Shown here: piece by piece, positions 10,868-20,002 of the stretch
Layout: each line of letters starts with the position of its first letter
How positions within the stretch are numbered: the stretch's first letter is position 1
Source of the DNA: Candidatus Poribacteria bacterium
GTDB taxonomy: Bacteria > Poribacteria > WGA-4E > PCPOR2b
Assembly: GCA_965208325.1 (NCBI GenBank)
Contig: OZ242326.1
Coordinates: 3,584,001 to 3,648,000 of the forward strand
Direction of reading: 5' to 3'
Length of the DNA: 64,000 nt
The notes under the pieces: generated by a model
What the model saw: only the letters and a program-made list of their open reading frames with translations
What the model was told of the DNA's origin: nothing
The model's database searches: none
Made by a program: the position numbers and the translations under genes

Positions 10868-11827
10868 TTATTGTAATCCTTCTTCGGCTTTTCTTGCGTA
10901 TATTGCCCACAGGACAAAGCTGGTTGTTTGCAAATTTGCCTTTGAACTCTCAAGCTCGATTGGCGTAGCACTGACAAAACTCCCATCTTCCTGCTGGACG
11001 CTCCGCAAATAACCGATAGCGACCTTGTCGGCGTTTAGGGGATCGCCGCCCGCAACTAGCGCAAGAATGGCGTATGCTGTAATTTCAGGATCACTCGGTT
11101 CATTCTTTCGCCTGCCGAATCCGCCATCCTCATTTTGCATCTGTTTTAACCATGCAAGTTGTGTGTCAATGTCGTAGACCAATGCTAAACCTTGCAAAAC
11201 CCATGCCGTTACGAGAATTTCGGATTTCGCACCTCGCGCCATCGACCAACCGCCGTCTAGGTTAATTCGTTTTTCGAGCCAACCGGCGGCTTTCGGTACG
11301 GGGGAAAAGTTTTGTTTGAATTTAAGTCTTCTAAGACCCGCCAAGACGGCGCCTGTGTAGAGGGGGTTACCGGGTTGGTGCATGCTGCGCCCCCAGCTCC
11401 CATCATCGTTTTGAACCTCTTTTATCCAATTGAGACCCTTGTATTGAGCCTCTGCATCCGTCCCCGCTTTAGCCAGCGCCATTAGAATGAAAATGGTGTG
11501 GGCTGTGTTAGCGTTCCAACTACCGTCTTGTTTCTGATGCTTTATCAGGTAGAGCACGCCTCTACGTATTACACTTGAACCCGTGCCCCAACCCTGAAAC
11601 ATCAACGCTTGCATAACAAACGCTGTGACCTCAACGTCGCTTTCGCCGCCGGCAATGATGGGCCAACCGCCATCGGCATTTTGCGCTTGTACCAGATATG
11701 ACGCCGCAATTTCAGTGGTCTCAAAGATAGATCGTGCGGCAGCGGCCTCTGTCGCGTTGAGGTTCAGGAGTAGTAGCAACGAAAACAGCCAGAAGCTGCG
11801 GAAATGAAAACAAAGATGTTTTTTCAT
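10868..11827 (-). CDS. Secreted prenyltransferase/squalene-cyclase (QW) repeat protein
   Basis: Signal peptide ending AEAAA; repeated QNADGGW, QKQDGSW, QNDDGSW, QNEDGGF and QQEDGSF. Confidence 0.82.
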   Translation of the reverse strand: MKKHLCFHFRSFWLFSLLLLLNLNATEAAAARSIFETTEIAASYLVQAQNADGGWPIIAGGESDVEVTAFVMQALMFQGWGTGSSVIRRGVLYLIKHQKQDGSWNANTAHTIFILMALAKAGTDAEAQYKGLNWIKEVQNDDGSWGRSMHQPGNPLYTGAVLAGLRRLKFKQNFSPVPKAAGWLEKRINLDGGWSMARGAKSEILVTAWVLQGLALVYDIDTQLAWLKQMQNEDGGFGRRKNEPSDPEITAYAILALVAGGDPLNADKVAIGYLRSVQQEDGSFVSATPIELESSKANLQTTSFVLWAIYARKAEEGLQ

Positions 11828-11952
11828 TGGTATTTTCCGAGGAAAATCAAGCCTAAATCGAATCTCCCATGCTGATTTCTAAGTTTGAAGAGTTTTCAAG
11901 ATTTTTCAGGTTTATGATGGAAAAAGCGAACTAAAGGAGTATTTGCAAATTT

Positions 11953-11976
11953 CGGCACACGGCGTGTGCCTACTAC
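11953..11976 (-). repeat. GTAG-type REP palindrome (related copy near 17562-17588)
   Basis: Reverse strand GTAGTAGGCACACGCCGTGTGCCG; the related copy reads GTAGTAGGCATACGCCTTGTGCGG. Confidence 0.6.
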
Positions 11977-11999
11977 TTTGGGCATTGGGTAAAAACCAA

Positions 12000-13154
12000 C
12001 TAACTAGACCAGATTGGCGTCAAGACCTTCGTCAATTGAAGAAGGCTTTTCAGGTTGTGAGCTGGCAAGAAATGGTCGACATGCAGCAAAGCGGTACGTA
12101 TTCCTCGACAGAGCGGTTGGTAACCTTCGCATCCAAGCAAGGGGTTCAGCCAAATCACTTTGTATGCGCGGCGATGCAACATCTCCATTGCCGTCCGCAG
12201 CAAATTCGGATCGCCTCGATCCCAACCATCACTGATCAAAATTACAACGGACCTGTAGGCTGAGAATGACGGTGCAAACTCCCGATAAAAGGCGATGAGG
12301 CTTTCACCAATTTTTGTTCCGCCTGACCAATCTGGCACGACCTGTGCTATCTCACGAAGTCCGTCTTCGACTGTTTTGCGCCGCAAAATGCCGGTAATGT
12401 TGGTCAGCCGTGTGCTAAAGATTGCCGCCTCGATTTCCACAATTTCTCGCTGCATCCCGAAAATAAACTGGATAAGAAATTTCGAGTAACAGTCCATGGA
12501 AGCGCTGACATCGCAGAGCAGCAAAATTTTGTTCTTCTTAACTTTCCGGCGCTTACGGATTAGCTTCAACGGTTCACCACCGTAGGCAATGTTTTTTCGC
12601 CAACTGCACCGAAAATCGATTGTATCCCCTTTGATGCCAACTTTCCGGCGGCGGCTCAATTTGGTCGCCAGGAGGGACGCAAATTTAGCGATGATTTGGC
12701 GTGCTTCCTCAATGTCGGCCGCTGTGTAATGACTGAAATCCTTTTGGGTCAAAACATCATTAGGACTATACGCGATTGCGTCCTCTTTATCTCTGTCTTC
12801 ATCCTCATCAACCTCCCCCCATTCTCCCAGATTAAACATTTTGTCATCATCAGCGAAACTCTGCGGATCGGATGTCGACTTGGCTTCAATTGCTTCAAGC
12901 GCCAATGCCTTCAAGTCGGGGCGCGGGTGTTGCCAGAACAGATTGAAAGCGGTATCAAAAAGCGCCCGATCTGATTCACTCGCGATCAGGTTTGTTCTGG
13001 CTGCGTGGTAAAAATCGCCGCGCTGCGTTATATCAATCCATTCAAGACTTCGACAAAAGCTAATTTGGTTTGTCGTCGTCACATTTACGCCTATCTGCTT
13101 AAGCAATCGACAGAACACGGCGATTTCTTGAAGGAGGGTGCTTTGATTAACCAT
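12000..13154 (-). CDS. coxE: CoxE-like VWA-domain protein
   Basis: LCDVSASM, FSTRLT, WSGGTKIG, ILISDGWD and WLNPL motifs; adjacent to a CoxD-like ATPase. Confidence 0.88.
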   Translation of the reverse strand: MVNQSTLLQEIAVFCRLLKQIGVNVTTTNQISFCRSLEWIDITQRGDFYHAARTNLIASESDRALFDTAFNLFWQHPRPDLKALALEAIEAKSTSDPQSFADDDKMFNLGEWGEVDEDEDRDKEDAIAYSPNDVLTQKDFSHYTAADIEEARQIIAKFASLLATKLSRRRKVGIKGDTIDFRCSWRKNIAYGGEPLKLIRKRRKVKKNKILLLCDVSASMDCYSKFLIQFIFGMQREIVEIEAAIFSTRLTNITGILRRKTVEDGLREIAQVVPDWSGGTKIGESLIAFYREFAPSFSAYRSVVILISDGWDRGDPNLLRTAMEMLHRRAYKVIWLNPLLGCEGYQPLCRGIRTALLHVDHFLPAHNLKSLLQLTKVLTPIWSS

Positions 13155-14137
13155 TATAGATTGTTAAATACCCTCAACGACGCCGCTTGCGAGCGAACAG
13201 CAGATTTATCATCTCCAATTTTCTCAAAGATTGTGTCCGGAGGTAGTTTGGCTCTATTTACCAGTTCACCAATGTTAACTTCCCGTACACACTGAATGTC
13301 GTCCTGAAATTTGAAGATACAACCCAGCGTTTCCTCAACGACGTTTGAATCCAATCCATCCTTTCCCAGCGCGATGAGCGCCAGTCCCCAATCCAGCGTC
13401 TCCGCGATTCCCGGTTTTTTATAGTAGTCGCCTTCACGGAAGAACTGCATCATGTTGCAGAGCTGTTGAGCGAGTGCGTCATTGATGTGCGGCAGTTTAG
13501 TCTTGACAATCGACAATTCCTTCTCGACCGAGGGGTAATCAATCCACTGGTAGAGACACCGGCGTTTTAGGGCTTCGTGAACCTCCCGCGTTCGGTTTGA
13601 AGTCAAGACTACGCAAGGGATATGCTTCGCCTCGATAGTCCCGATTTCCGGGATTGTAATCTGAAAATCCGATAAGATTTCAAGGAGGAAAGCTTCAAAC
13701 TCGCTGTCACTTCGATCGACTTCATCAATGAGCAGGACTGGTGGAACTGCGCCATCACTCTGAATAGCTTCGAGGAGTGGGCGCTTTAACAAGAAAACCT
13801 CACTGAAAATGTCTACACCAATCCGATCCTTGTCAATTCCCCGCGCCTCGTCAATTCGTAGTTGAAGCATCTGTTTGGTATAGTTCCATTCGTACAGGGC
13901 ACTGTTCGCATCAAGGCCTTCGTAGCATTGCAGTCGGATAAGTTTCCCGCCTGTTGCATCCGCTAAAACGCGCGCCACTTCTGTTTTACCGACGCCGGAT
14001 TCCCCTTCAAGGAAGATTGGTTTGTTCAGATGACTGGCTAGGAAAACCGTTGTTGCTAACGCTCGGTCAGCAATATAGTGATGATTCGCAAGTGCGTCCT
14101 GTATTGCTTGGATGGAGTGGAACATAATTACGGCCAA
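13154..14137 (-). CDS. coxD: CoxD-like MoxR-family AAA+ ATPase
   Basis: GESGVGKT, LQCYEGLD, LLIDEVDR, TSNRTRE and KPGIAETLDW. Confidence 0.9.
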   Translation of the reverse strand: MAVIMFHSIQAIQDALANHHYIADRALATTVFLASHLNKPIFLEGESGVGKTEVARVLADATGGKLIRLQCYEGLDANSALYEWNYTKQMLQLRIDEARGIDKDRIGVDIFSEVFLLKRPLLEAIQSDGAVPPVLLIDEVDRSDSEFEAFLLEILSDFQITIPEIGTIEAKHIPCVVLTSNRTREVHEALKRRCLYQWIDYPSVEKELSIVKTKLPHINDALAQQLCNMMQFFREGDYYKKPGIAETLDWGLALIALGKDGLDSNVVEETLGCIFKFQDDIQCVREVNIGELVNRAKLPPDTIFEKIGDDKSAVRSQAASLRVFNNL

Positions 14138-14194
14138 TCCTTCATGGTAATACGGTGCGTGTTACGCATTGCCTAATTCCTAACCGGTACCCTA

Positions 14195-14800
14195 TCAGCG
14201 CACAACCACGTCCCTTAATGCTTCCAAGTAATCTTCACGGTAGTCGATGTCTCTAATCACACGATCGGTATCGACAACGACGTAATGAATGTCGTGCGCA
14301 TACTTTCGAAAAAGCGATCTGACACCGCCGTTCTCCGGTTCAAGCGCGAGGATGTCGGCGGCGTAACGGCGATCGAAAATGACGGGATGTCCTCGTCGAT
14401 TGTCATAGCTCGGAAGCGTAATCCCGCGGTCAGTTTCTGCGTACGCGTCAACTACCAGATTAATTAGATTGGATGTGATGAACGGTTGATCTACGAGCGT
14501 CAGAGCGAAGGCTTCCGCTGAATCGGAAATCGAACGCACGCCGCACTGCGCAGAGGTCAGCATCCCGCTCCGATATTCGGTATTAAACACAATCTTGACC
14601 GGTTTGTGCTCAATGCACGCTTTAACCTTTTCCGCTTCATGCCCTATTACGACAACGACGTCGTCGAGTTTCGATCCCAGCAGGTTATCAGTTACGGTTT
14701 CGATAATGGTACTTCCCTCGAATGGCAGAAGTTGTTTCGGTTCGCCGATGCGAGTGGATAGCCCGGCTGCGAGGATAATTCCCGATATTTTGGGGTTCAT
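14195..14800 (-). CDS. mocA: Molybdenum cofactor cytidylyltransferase (MocA-like)
   Basis: ILAAGLSTRIGEPKQLL, DQP, RGHPVIF and DID motifs. Start trimmed to MNPKISG. Confidence 0.82.
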   Translation of the reverse strand: MNPKISGIILAAGLSTRIGEPKQLLPFEGSTIIETVTDNLLGSKLDDVVVVIGHEAEKVKACIEHKPVKIVFNTEYRSGMLTSAQCGVRSISDSAEAFALTLVDQPFITSNLINLVVDAYAETDRGITLPSYDNRRGHPVIFDRRYAADILALEPENGGVRSLFRKYAHDIHYVVVDTDRVIRDIDYREDYLEALRDVVVR

Positions 14801-14878
14801 TTTTGTCAGAATACAGACATAATTCGGCAAAAATTCAGCGTGCAAGATTTGTGCTGCGCGTTGTCAGATTCCGATACC

Positions 14879-15199
14879 TCATCGAATTTTGACGGCAGTT
14901 CCGCTCACTGACACCATCAACATGCCATTCCCCTCACCAAGCACTTCATAATCAATGTCAACGCCGACGACAGCATTGGCTCCACGTTCTGCCGCTTCCG
15001 ACTCCATTTCACGCAGGGCGGTCTCGCGGGCATTGACAAGTTTGTCCTCATACGCACCCGCTCTGCCACCAATTATATCCCGGATGCCGGCGAGGAAATC
15101 TCGAAAGATGTTTGCACCCATAATCGCTTCTCCAGTGACGATACCGAGATAGCCGGCAATCTGCTTGCCTTCGATGTTTGGTGTCGTTGTTGTAATCAT
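14879..15199 (-). CDS. UPF0145/YbjQ-family protein
   Basis: [37 protein letters not shown] and SGTAV. Confidence 0.92.
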   Translation of the reverse strand: MITTTTPNIEGKQIAGYLGIVTGEAIMGANIFRDFLAGIRDIIGGRAGAYEDKLVNARETALREMESEAAERGANAVVGVDIDYEVLGEGNGMLMVSVSGTAVKIR

Positions 15200-15264
15200 T
15201 ATTTTCCTTTAATGATGTGACTGGAACTCTAGGGTATAAACGACCAGTGCCGCCATCGCACATA

Positions 15265-15295
15265 GAAACCGAGTTTTTCCAAAAAACTCGGTTTC
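15265..15295. repeat. Perfect 14-bp inverted repeat (REP-like)
   Basis: GAAACCGAGTTTTT-CCA-AAAAACTCGGTTTC. Confidence 0.75.
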
Positions 15296-15376
15296 AGCCG
15301 ACTACTCCCCGCTGACATTGAACAACAGCGCAATAGTTTGGTTGATATGGGTTACCATTTAACAGTTCAATTCTGA

Positions 15377-16252
15377 TTAGGGACTGTTCCCGAATTTTGC
15401 AGCTAAGTTCTCGCCGCTACCGTTGCCTGATAGCACTCCGATTTTCTCGTCGTCGGTTGGAGGTTCTTCTTCCGGTAAGGCAAACCGATATATTCTGTCC
15501 TCATCTGGATTCTCCATTAGGCGGTCAATGTAGGCATAGGGAAGATTGGTTTGCTCTTGTATCTCCTCGCGATTCAAGCCGCTTTTTATCATACCGATTA
15601 CCTCCCCATCAACCCGTTGACGCGCCAAATCGTTTTTAATTTGATCTTCATCGAGGCGCGTTTGTCTTGTTATTTCGTCAAAGCTTTCACCCTCCCACAG
15701 CCTATCCCGGGCTATTTCAGGCCGTATTCGATTAGTGTATTCTTCTATTTCCGCTTGAATTTGCGCTCCTTCTTCGGCTTCCCTTTCTAAGGTTTCTTGC
15801 TCGGTTCGGGTAACGGGCGGATTGACGCTCTTGACGGCTTGAATTAGCGGCAGCAGTGCTTTTGGAAGAAGCGTTAGCCGTTCTTTTGGGCTAAGGGACG
15901 AAATCGTGGGTTCCAAAATGTCAAACGCGGCGTTCAATGCCCTCTCAGACTTGGATTCGAGTTGCCGGATGCGCTTTTCTCGCCCTTTAACATGATTAGC
16001 CTGCATTAGCCCATATTGCTTAGCCCGTTTTTCTGCGTTGTATCGGCTGTCGTTCGGGTTGACGGTGCAGACGGCTTCCTTTGCCCAGCGGTGGTCGGCT
16101 TTCGGATCGCCGGTTGAACGCTCCGGGTACCGAGCGACAAGCGCGTCTGCGACTTCGGCGGTGCTAAAGTCCTGCACAAACAGCACGAGCCATTCAGCGA
16201 GTTCGGATTGCGTTTGATGGTACGGGTTTTTGAAGCTTCGTTTTTCGCTCAT
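15377..16252 (-). CDS. Hypothetical protein with possible HTH motifs
   Basis: 291-aa ORF preceded by TGTGATATAAT (extended -10, 16350-16360). Two C-terminal HTH-like segments: GESFDEITRQTRLDEDQI and GLNREEIQEQTNLPYAYI. Confidence 0.65.
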   Translation of the reverse strand: MSEKRSFKNPYHQTQSELAEWLVLFVQDFSTAEVADALVARYPERSTGDPKADHRWAKEAVCTVNPNDSRYNAEKRAKQYGLMQANHVKGREKRIRQLESKSERALNAAFDILEPTISSLSPKERLTLLPKALLPLIQAVKSVNPPVTRTEQETLEREAEEGAQIQAEIEEYTNRIRPEIARDRLWEGESFDEITRQTRLDEDQIKNDLARQRVDGEVIGMIKSGLNREEIQEQTNLPYAYIDRLMENPDEDRIYRFALPEEEPPTDDEKIGVLSGNGSGENLAAKFGNSP

Positions 16253-16403
16253 TTTTTTTGCATTCCCGGGAATTTTGGTTCAATTTTGGGGGATTTTGTC
16301 TATTCGACGGTAAAAGTCATACTAGATATTGCGTTATGCAACAAACCATATTATATCACATTTTGGCTAAATGATGCAGGCAACTTTTTTGACAGAGGTT
16401 TGA

Positions 16404-16552
16404 ACCTAAACAGGAACGGAATGAGTAGTTTTGCAGTAGTAAGCGCAAGAAAAAAGCCGAGAACAGATGTTCCCGGCTAGAGGTGGTAGAAATAAATATC
16501 TTCTAGGTTACTGGTTGATTGTGAGACTGCGCCTGGTGGCGGTCACGCGCCA
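16404..16552. repeat. 149-bp diverged direct repeat, copy 1
   Basis: Colinear with 17677-17825 (offset 1273). Identical blocks: GAACGGAATGAGTAGTT, the 34-bp GCAAGAAAAAAGCCGAGAACAGATGTTCCCGGCT, and GTTGATTGTGAGA. Confidence 0.9.
16450..16478 (-). terminator. Rho-independent terminator inside repeat copy 1
   Basis: Minus strand AGCCGGGAAC-ATCT-GTTCTCGGCT followed by a T-run. Confidence 0.75.
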
Positions 16553-16748
16553 GATTGAGCGAACTAACATACTCAATCGTAGTTTTTCATGAATCCGAAA
16601 TGTCTTCCATGAATTGAATACCTCGCGAATAACCAAAAGCGTTGGGTTACGCGACATCATTACCGCTATGAAATAATTTAAACGTACGAACCGCTTACAA
16701 AATATTGCGCGCTTTTAATGATATCCGCTTAACCCAACCTACAAGTGC

Positions 16749-17279
16749 TCAGCAGCAGTATTTCTCAAGCTCTTTCGCCTCCCGCTCTTTGCAGCAGGCC
16801 TTTTCGGTTTCATCAGCTTCTACTTCTGCAATTGCTTCTATACTCTTGATATAGTCTGCGGGAAGATATGCTTCCCGTGCTCCTTTCAATACATAATTCT
16901 TGTACCAAGAATACGGCTTCAAGCATGGGTCTGTCTTCTTAGGATTAGCATAGTAAGTTACCGCACTTATGGTGGAACCGCAGTCCAATTCCACCGTGAC
17001 GTATTTTTCATAATAACCGCTTCCTAATCCCTCATAACAATCAAGGATTTTTTTGTGTTTGTAATCAATGTCATACACGCGTCCCCATACCACGTCTGCC
17101 GCTGATGAAAGTACAATATCGCACTTGCCGGATTTATCCTTACCCTTCTTGTGAAATTCAAGACGGTGGCAACGGAGTATTGCCCTAGCTATCGGTTGGG
17201 CAGAATCTACTCTTTTTCGAAGTCTTTCTGAGGACATGTTTGAACCATACGCAAAATACTTTGTAGTACCCATTGGCAT
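16749..17279 (-). CDS. Gamma-glutamylcyclotransferase (AIG2-like) family protein
   Basis: YFAYGSNM, VVWGRVY, LDCYEG and PYSWYKNYVLKGARE..LPADYI. Confidence 0.88.
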   Translation of the reverse strand: MPMGTTKYFAYGSNMSSERLRKRVDSAQPIARAILRCHRLEFHKKGKDKSGKCDIVLSSAADVVWGRVYDIDYKHKKILDCYEGLGSGYYEKYVTVELDCGSTISAVTYYANPKKTDPCLKPYSWYKNYVLKGAREAYLPADYIKSIEAIAEVEADETEKACCKEREAKELEKYCC

Positions 17280-17676
17280 TCCTTTCTACTTTGTTGACAA
17301 AAAAATGTAGGTTTTGTCAAATGGATTCGATTCCGTGATGAAACACGGCTGCAATCCTCATAGGAGTTTCGCACTTTATTAGTAGTGAACGACTATTATT
17401 GTTCCTTAGAGAATAGAGAGATTTATGAGGTATTTAACCTTATAACTTATAATATTTGCGCCTTTTTAAGATGAATCGTCCGCAATGTAGTAGCCATATG
17501 CCGTACGCTGTAACGCTCGCCCTATGCTGCTGACGGGCTTCAAAGCAATAAATGCAAATTTCCGCACAAGGCGTATGCCTACTACTACGCCTTGAATGAT
17601 CAACTTCGTAAGTCCTAAACACATTAACATATTAGGGCTATTTTTTTGCAGGAATGGGGGTTAACACGGGTAAAGC

Positions 17677-17825
17677 ACCTAAACGAGAACGGAATGAGTA
17701 GTTGTGGAGTTGCAAAAGCAAGAAAAAAGCCGAGAACAGATGTTCCCGGCTGGAGGTGTCGGAGATAGATATTTCTCAGCTTCCTCGTTGATTGTGAGAG
17801 TATGCCATACGGTGATTACGCGCCA
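17677..17825. repeat. 149-bp diverged direct repeat, copy 2
   Basis: Matches copy 1 at 16404-16552. Confidence 0.9.
17723..17751 (-). terminator. Rho-independent terminator inside repeat copy 2
   Basis: Same hairpin and T-run as 16450-16478; lies 3' of the 63-aa ORF. Confidence 0.75.
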
Positions 17826-18007
17826 ATTTGTGGTCTAAATTGGCTTGGCAATTTATTGTTATCTTTAGACTTGAGCGTATGTTTGGAATCCTTGTTCTTC
17901 TTCAGCAAGGCTTCCATAAACGGATCTTTAGGCGTAAGTCTTAGGAACCGGTCGCGGAGATATTCGTTGCGCGCCTCCTTTTTGCTTTTATTCTGTTTAT
18001 TTTCCAT
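17816..18007 (-). CDS. Small basic (Lys-rich) hypothetical protein, 63 aa
   Basis: MENKQNKSKKEAR... with a strong AAGGAGG RBS, upstream TGTGATATAAT (18066-18076) and a downstream terminator. Confidence 0.6.
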   Translation of the reverse strand: MENKQNKSKKEARNEYLRDRFLRLTPKDPFMEALLKKNKDSKHTLKSKDNNKLPSQFRPQIGA

Positions 18008-18380
18008 TAGTGGTGACCTCCTTTCATGCAATAGTGTACGATGTATCGCTACAACCCGCGCAACCATTATATCACATTCCTCCGCATTTGCCCAATTTGA
18101 TATTCGCATGGACTAGCGCAATATGCGGAGAATGAAGGGTATAAAGTAATCTGTTTTTACGGAGCACAGTTTCTGTAGGTTGAGTTAAGGGCGAATTACG
18201 CAAAACGGTTCACACGGCAATTACAGTTGCGAATGCCGAACGATTCGATTTGCATTACACGCCTACGGCAACTCAACGATTAATGTTGAACGCGAAGTGT
18301 GTTGCTGACCGGTGGTTGCGGAAGACTATCGTAGACGCTAGAAAACTAGTGAAGGCTTGAAAACTATCGCGCAGAGTTTA

Positions 18381-18412
18381 CTATCGCCTTCCCTATTTGC
18401 TCAATTGATCGC
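18381..18412 (-). repeat. Dispersed ~32-bp repeat family GATCAACTGAGTGAATAGCGAAGGCGATAG
   Basis: Reverse strand GCGATCAATTGAGCAAATAGGGAAGGCGATAG; matches copies at 27928, 56709 and 61859. Confidence 0.75.
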
Positions 18413-18433
18413 CTTTAGTCGCCGTATGGGTTG

Positions 18434-19648
18434 TTACGCCCATTGACGAAACTTGGACTTTTTTAGTATCGACAAAAAGAACCCAGCCTCAACGGAATCA
18501 GGCAAAGGTTTCAATCGCCCTTTGTCAATTTTGTGAAGCACCTTCTTAACGTCGAGTGGTGCACCTTCCGTTAGAGGATCGGTGGAACCTGAAACTATAG
18601 CGTACAATAGCCAGTCCCGTTTCTGTGGGTCTAACGTCTCGTCCGTGCCTTCCACAAATCCTTCACTTGATGTTATCGTCGTGACAAGTTCGGCAGGACT
18701 GGCATTTTCACCTGTCGTGTGTGCTTCAATTAGACTCTTTATCCATGACCGTTCAACCTTGTTAAACGTTCTGTTACACCATTGTACGACCGTATCGGTT
18801 GCTAATTGACCGTCAATCCTTTTATTGATCTTCTTAACGTTCTCATTGAATTCGCGTTTGATTGTAGTGCGCCTCTTATTTGTCGCATCACGTATAACTT
18901 TGGATTCATGAGCAACAATGCCTTCAATCCGCGTTTTAAGTTCTCTGTCTATTTTGTTTAACACCCTCTGGAATGTTGTTCTAGTCGCGCGCATTTTAGC
19001 GTCAATATCTGAGATCGTTTCAATACCTTCTTTTTGAATATCGACAACCGTTCCGCGACCTGCTTTTTTCTCATTATCAATTACGCCTTGAATACGAAGC
19101 CTTGCAGCTCTCCGCGCTTCTTCGCGCTCAACTATCGTATTGGTTTCACGGTTAAGTTTTTTTATGGATTCGTCTTGCGCTATTTTCAGTCTATTGATAA
19201 CAGCATCCGTTTCCGCCTCGATTTCGCCAACTTTTGTTCTTGTCTCCTGCTCTGATAATCCCCGTTTTCTCTGCAACTCTGACAATTCAGCATCCCGTGC
19301 TGTTTCTGTATCAATTCTTAGGTTTTCGGCATCGGCTTTCGCTTGCGCAACTTCAGGACTGGTGTGTTTTATTGCTTTGAGATCTGCCAATAACTCATTT
19401 TCAAGTGCGCGTAAATCTTCATCATGTTTCAATTTAGCCTTGTAAAGTTCGGCATCGCGTTTCTTCTCGTAAGGTGCGCTAACCTCCTCTTTTGCTTCGC
19501 GGACAATCCGAACAATTTCGTCGCTGTTATTCCTTAGGAAGTTTCCTAAATCAGCTTCCGACATCACTCTGTCGTTCATAAGTTCACCAACAAATTCGTA
19601 AAGAACTCTAAACGTTTGGCCGATACCTTCGCGTCCATGTTTCGGCAC
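18434..19648 (-). CDS. Hypothetical long coiled-coil protein with small C-terminal domain
   Basis: 404-aa ORF with a highly charged helical centre; no family recognised. Confidence 0.7.
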   Translation of the reverse strand: MPKHGREGIGQTFRVLYEFVGELMNDRVMSEADLGNFLRNNSDEIVRIVREAKEEVSAPYEKKRDAELYKAKLKHDEDLRALENELLADLKAIKHTSPEVAQAKADAENLRIDTETARDAELSELQRKRGLSEQETRTKVGEIEAETDAVINRLKIAQDESIKKLNRETNTIVEREEARRAARLRIQGVIDNEKKAGRGTVVDIQKEGIETISDIDAKMRATRTTFQRVLNKIDRELKTRIEGIVAHESKVIRDATNKRRTTIKREFNENVKKINKRIDGQLATDTVVQWCNRTFNKVERSWIKSLIEAHTTGENASPAELVTTITSSEGFVEGTDETLDPQKRDWLLYAIVSGSTDPLTEGAPLDVKKVLHKIDKGRLKPLPDSVEAGFFLSILKKSKFRQWA

Positions 19649-20002
19649 AGGGATTTGAATAAATCAGTGACCTCAAGGAGATCTACGGGGCAGCGGTCAA
19701 AACATTAACAATCCATGTGATTCGTTTGCGGGTCACGACTTTGGAGGTTCCTTTAGTGATTGCGCCTGACCATTTTGCACCAGGCATTTTGCGTTACGTG
19801 TTAGGATCAATTGCCGTTTTCCCAAACGTAGACGACTCGTTGGGTCCCGATACGCAGGTACCAAACGTAGCACAAACGCCATGCTTTCAGTACCCTCTTT
19901 ATCTCTGTATTGCTTGTTTCCCTTTGATCGCCGCACCCAACCTCAAACGAAAACATCAGTTTTATATCGCCCATACCAAATTCATCACCGTTCACTTATT
20001 GG

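Noticed and set aside
17600..17640. dif/Xer-like site (TATGTTAA on the minus strand)
   Set aside because: Only a partial XerD-like half site with no matching XerC arm.
19733..19995. Short ORFs between the WD40 and coiled-coil genes
   Set aside because: Short, overlapping in different frames, and without recognisable motifs.
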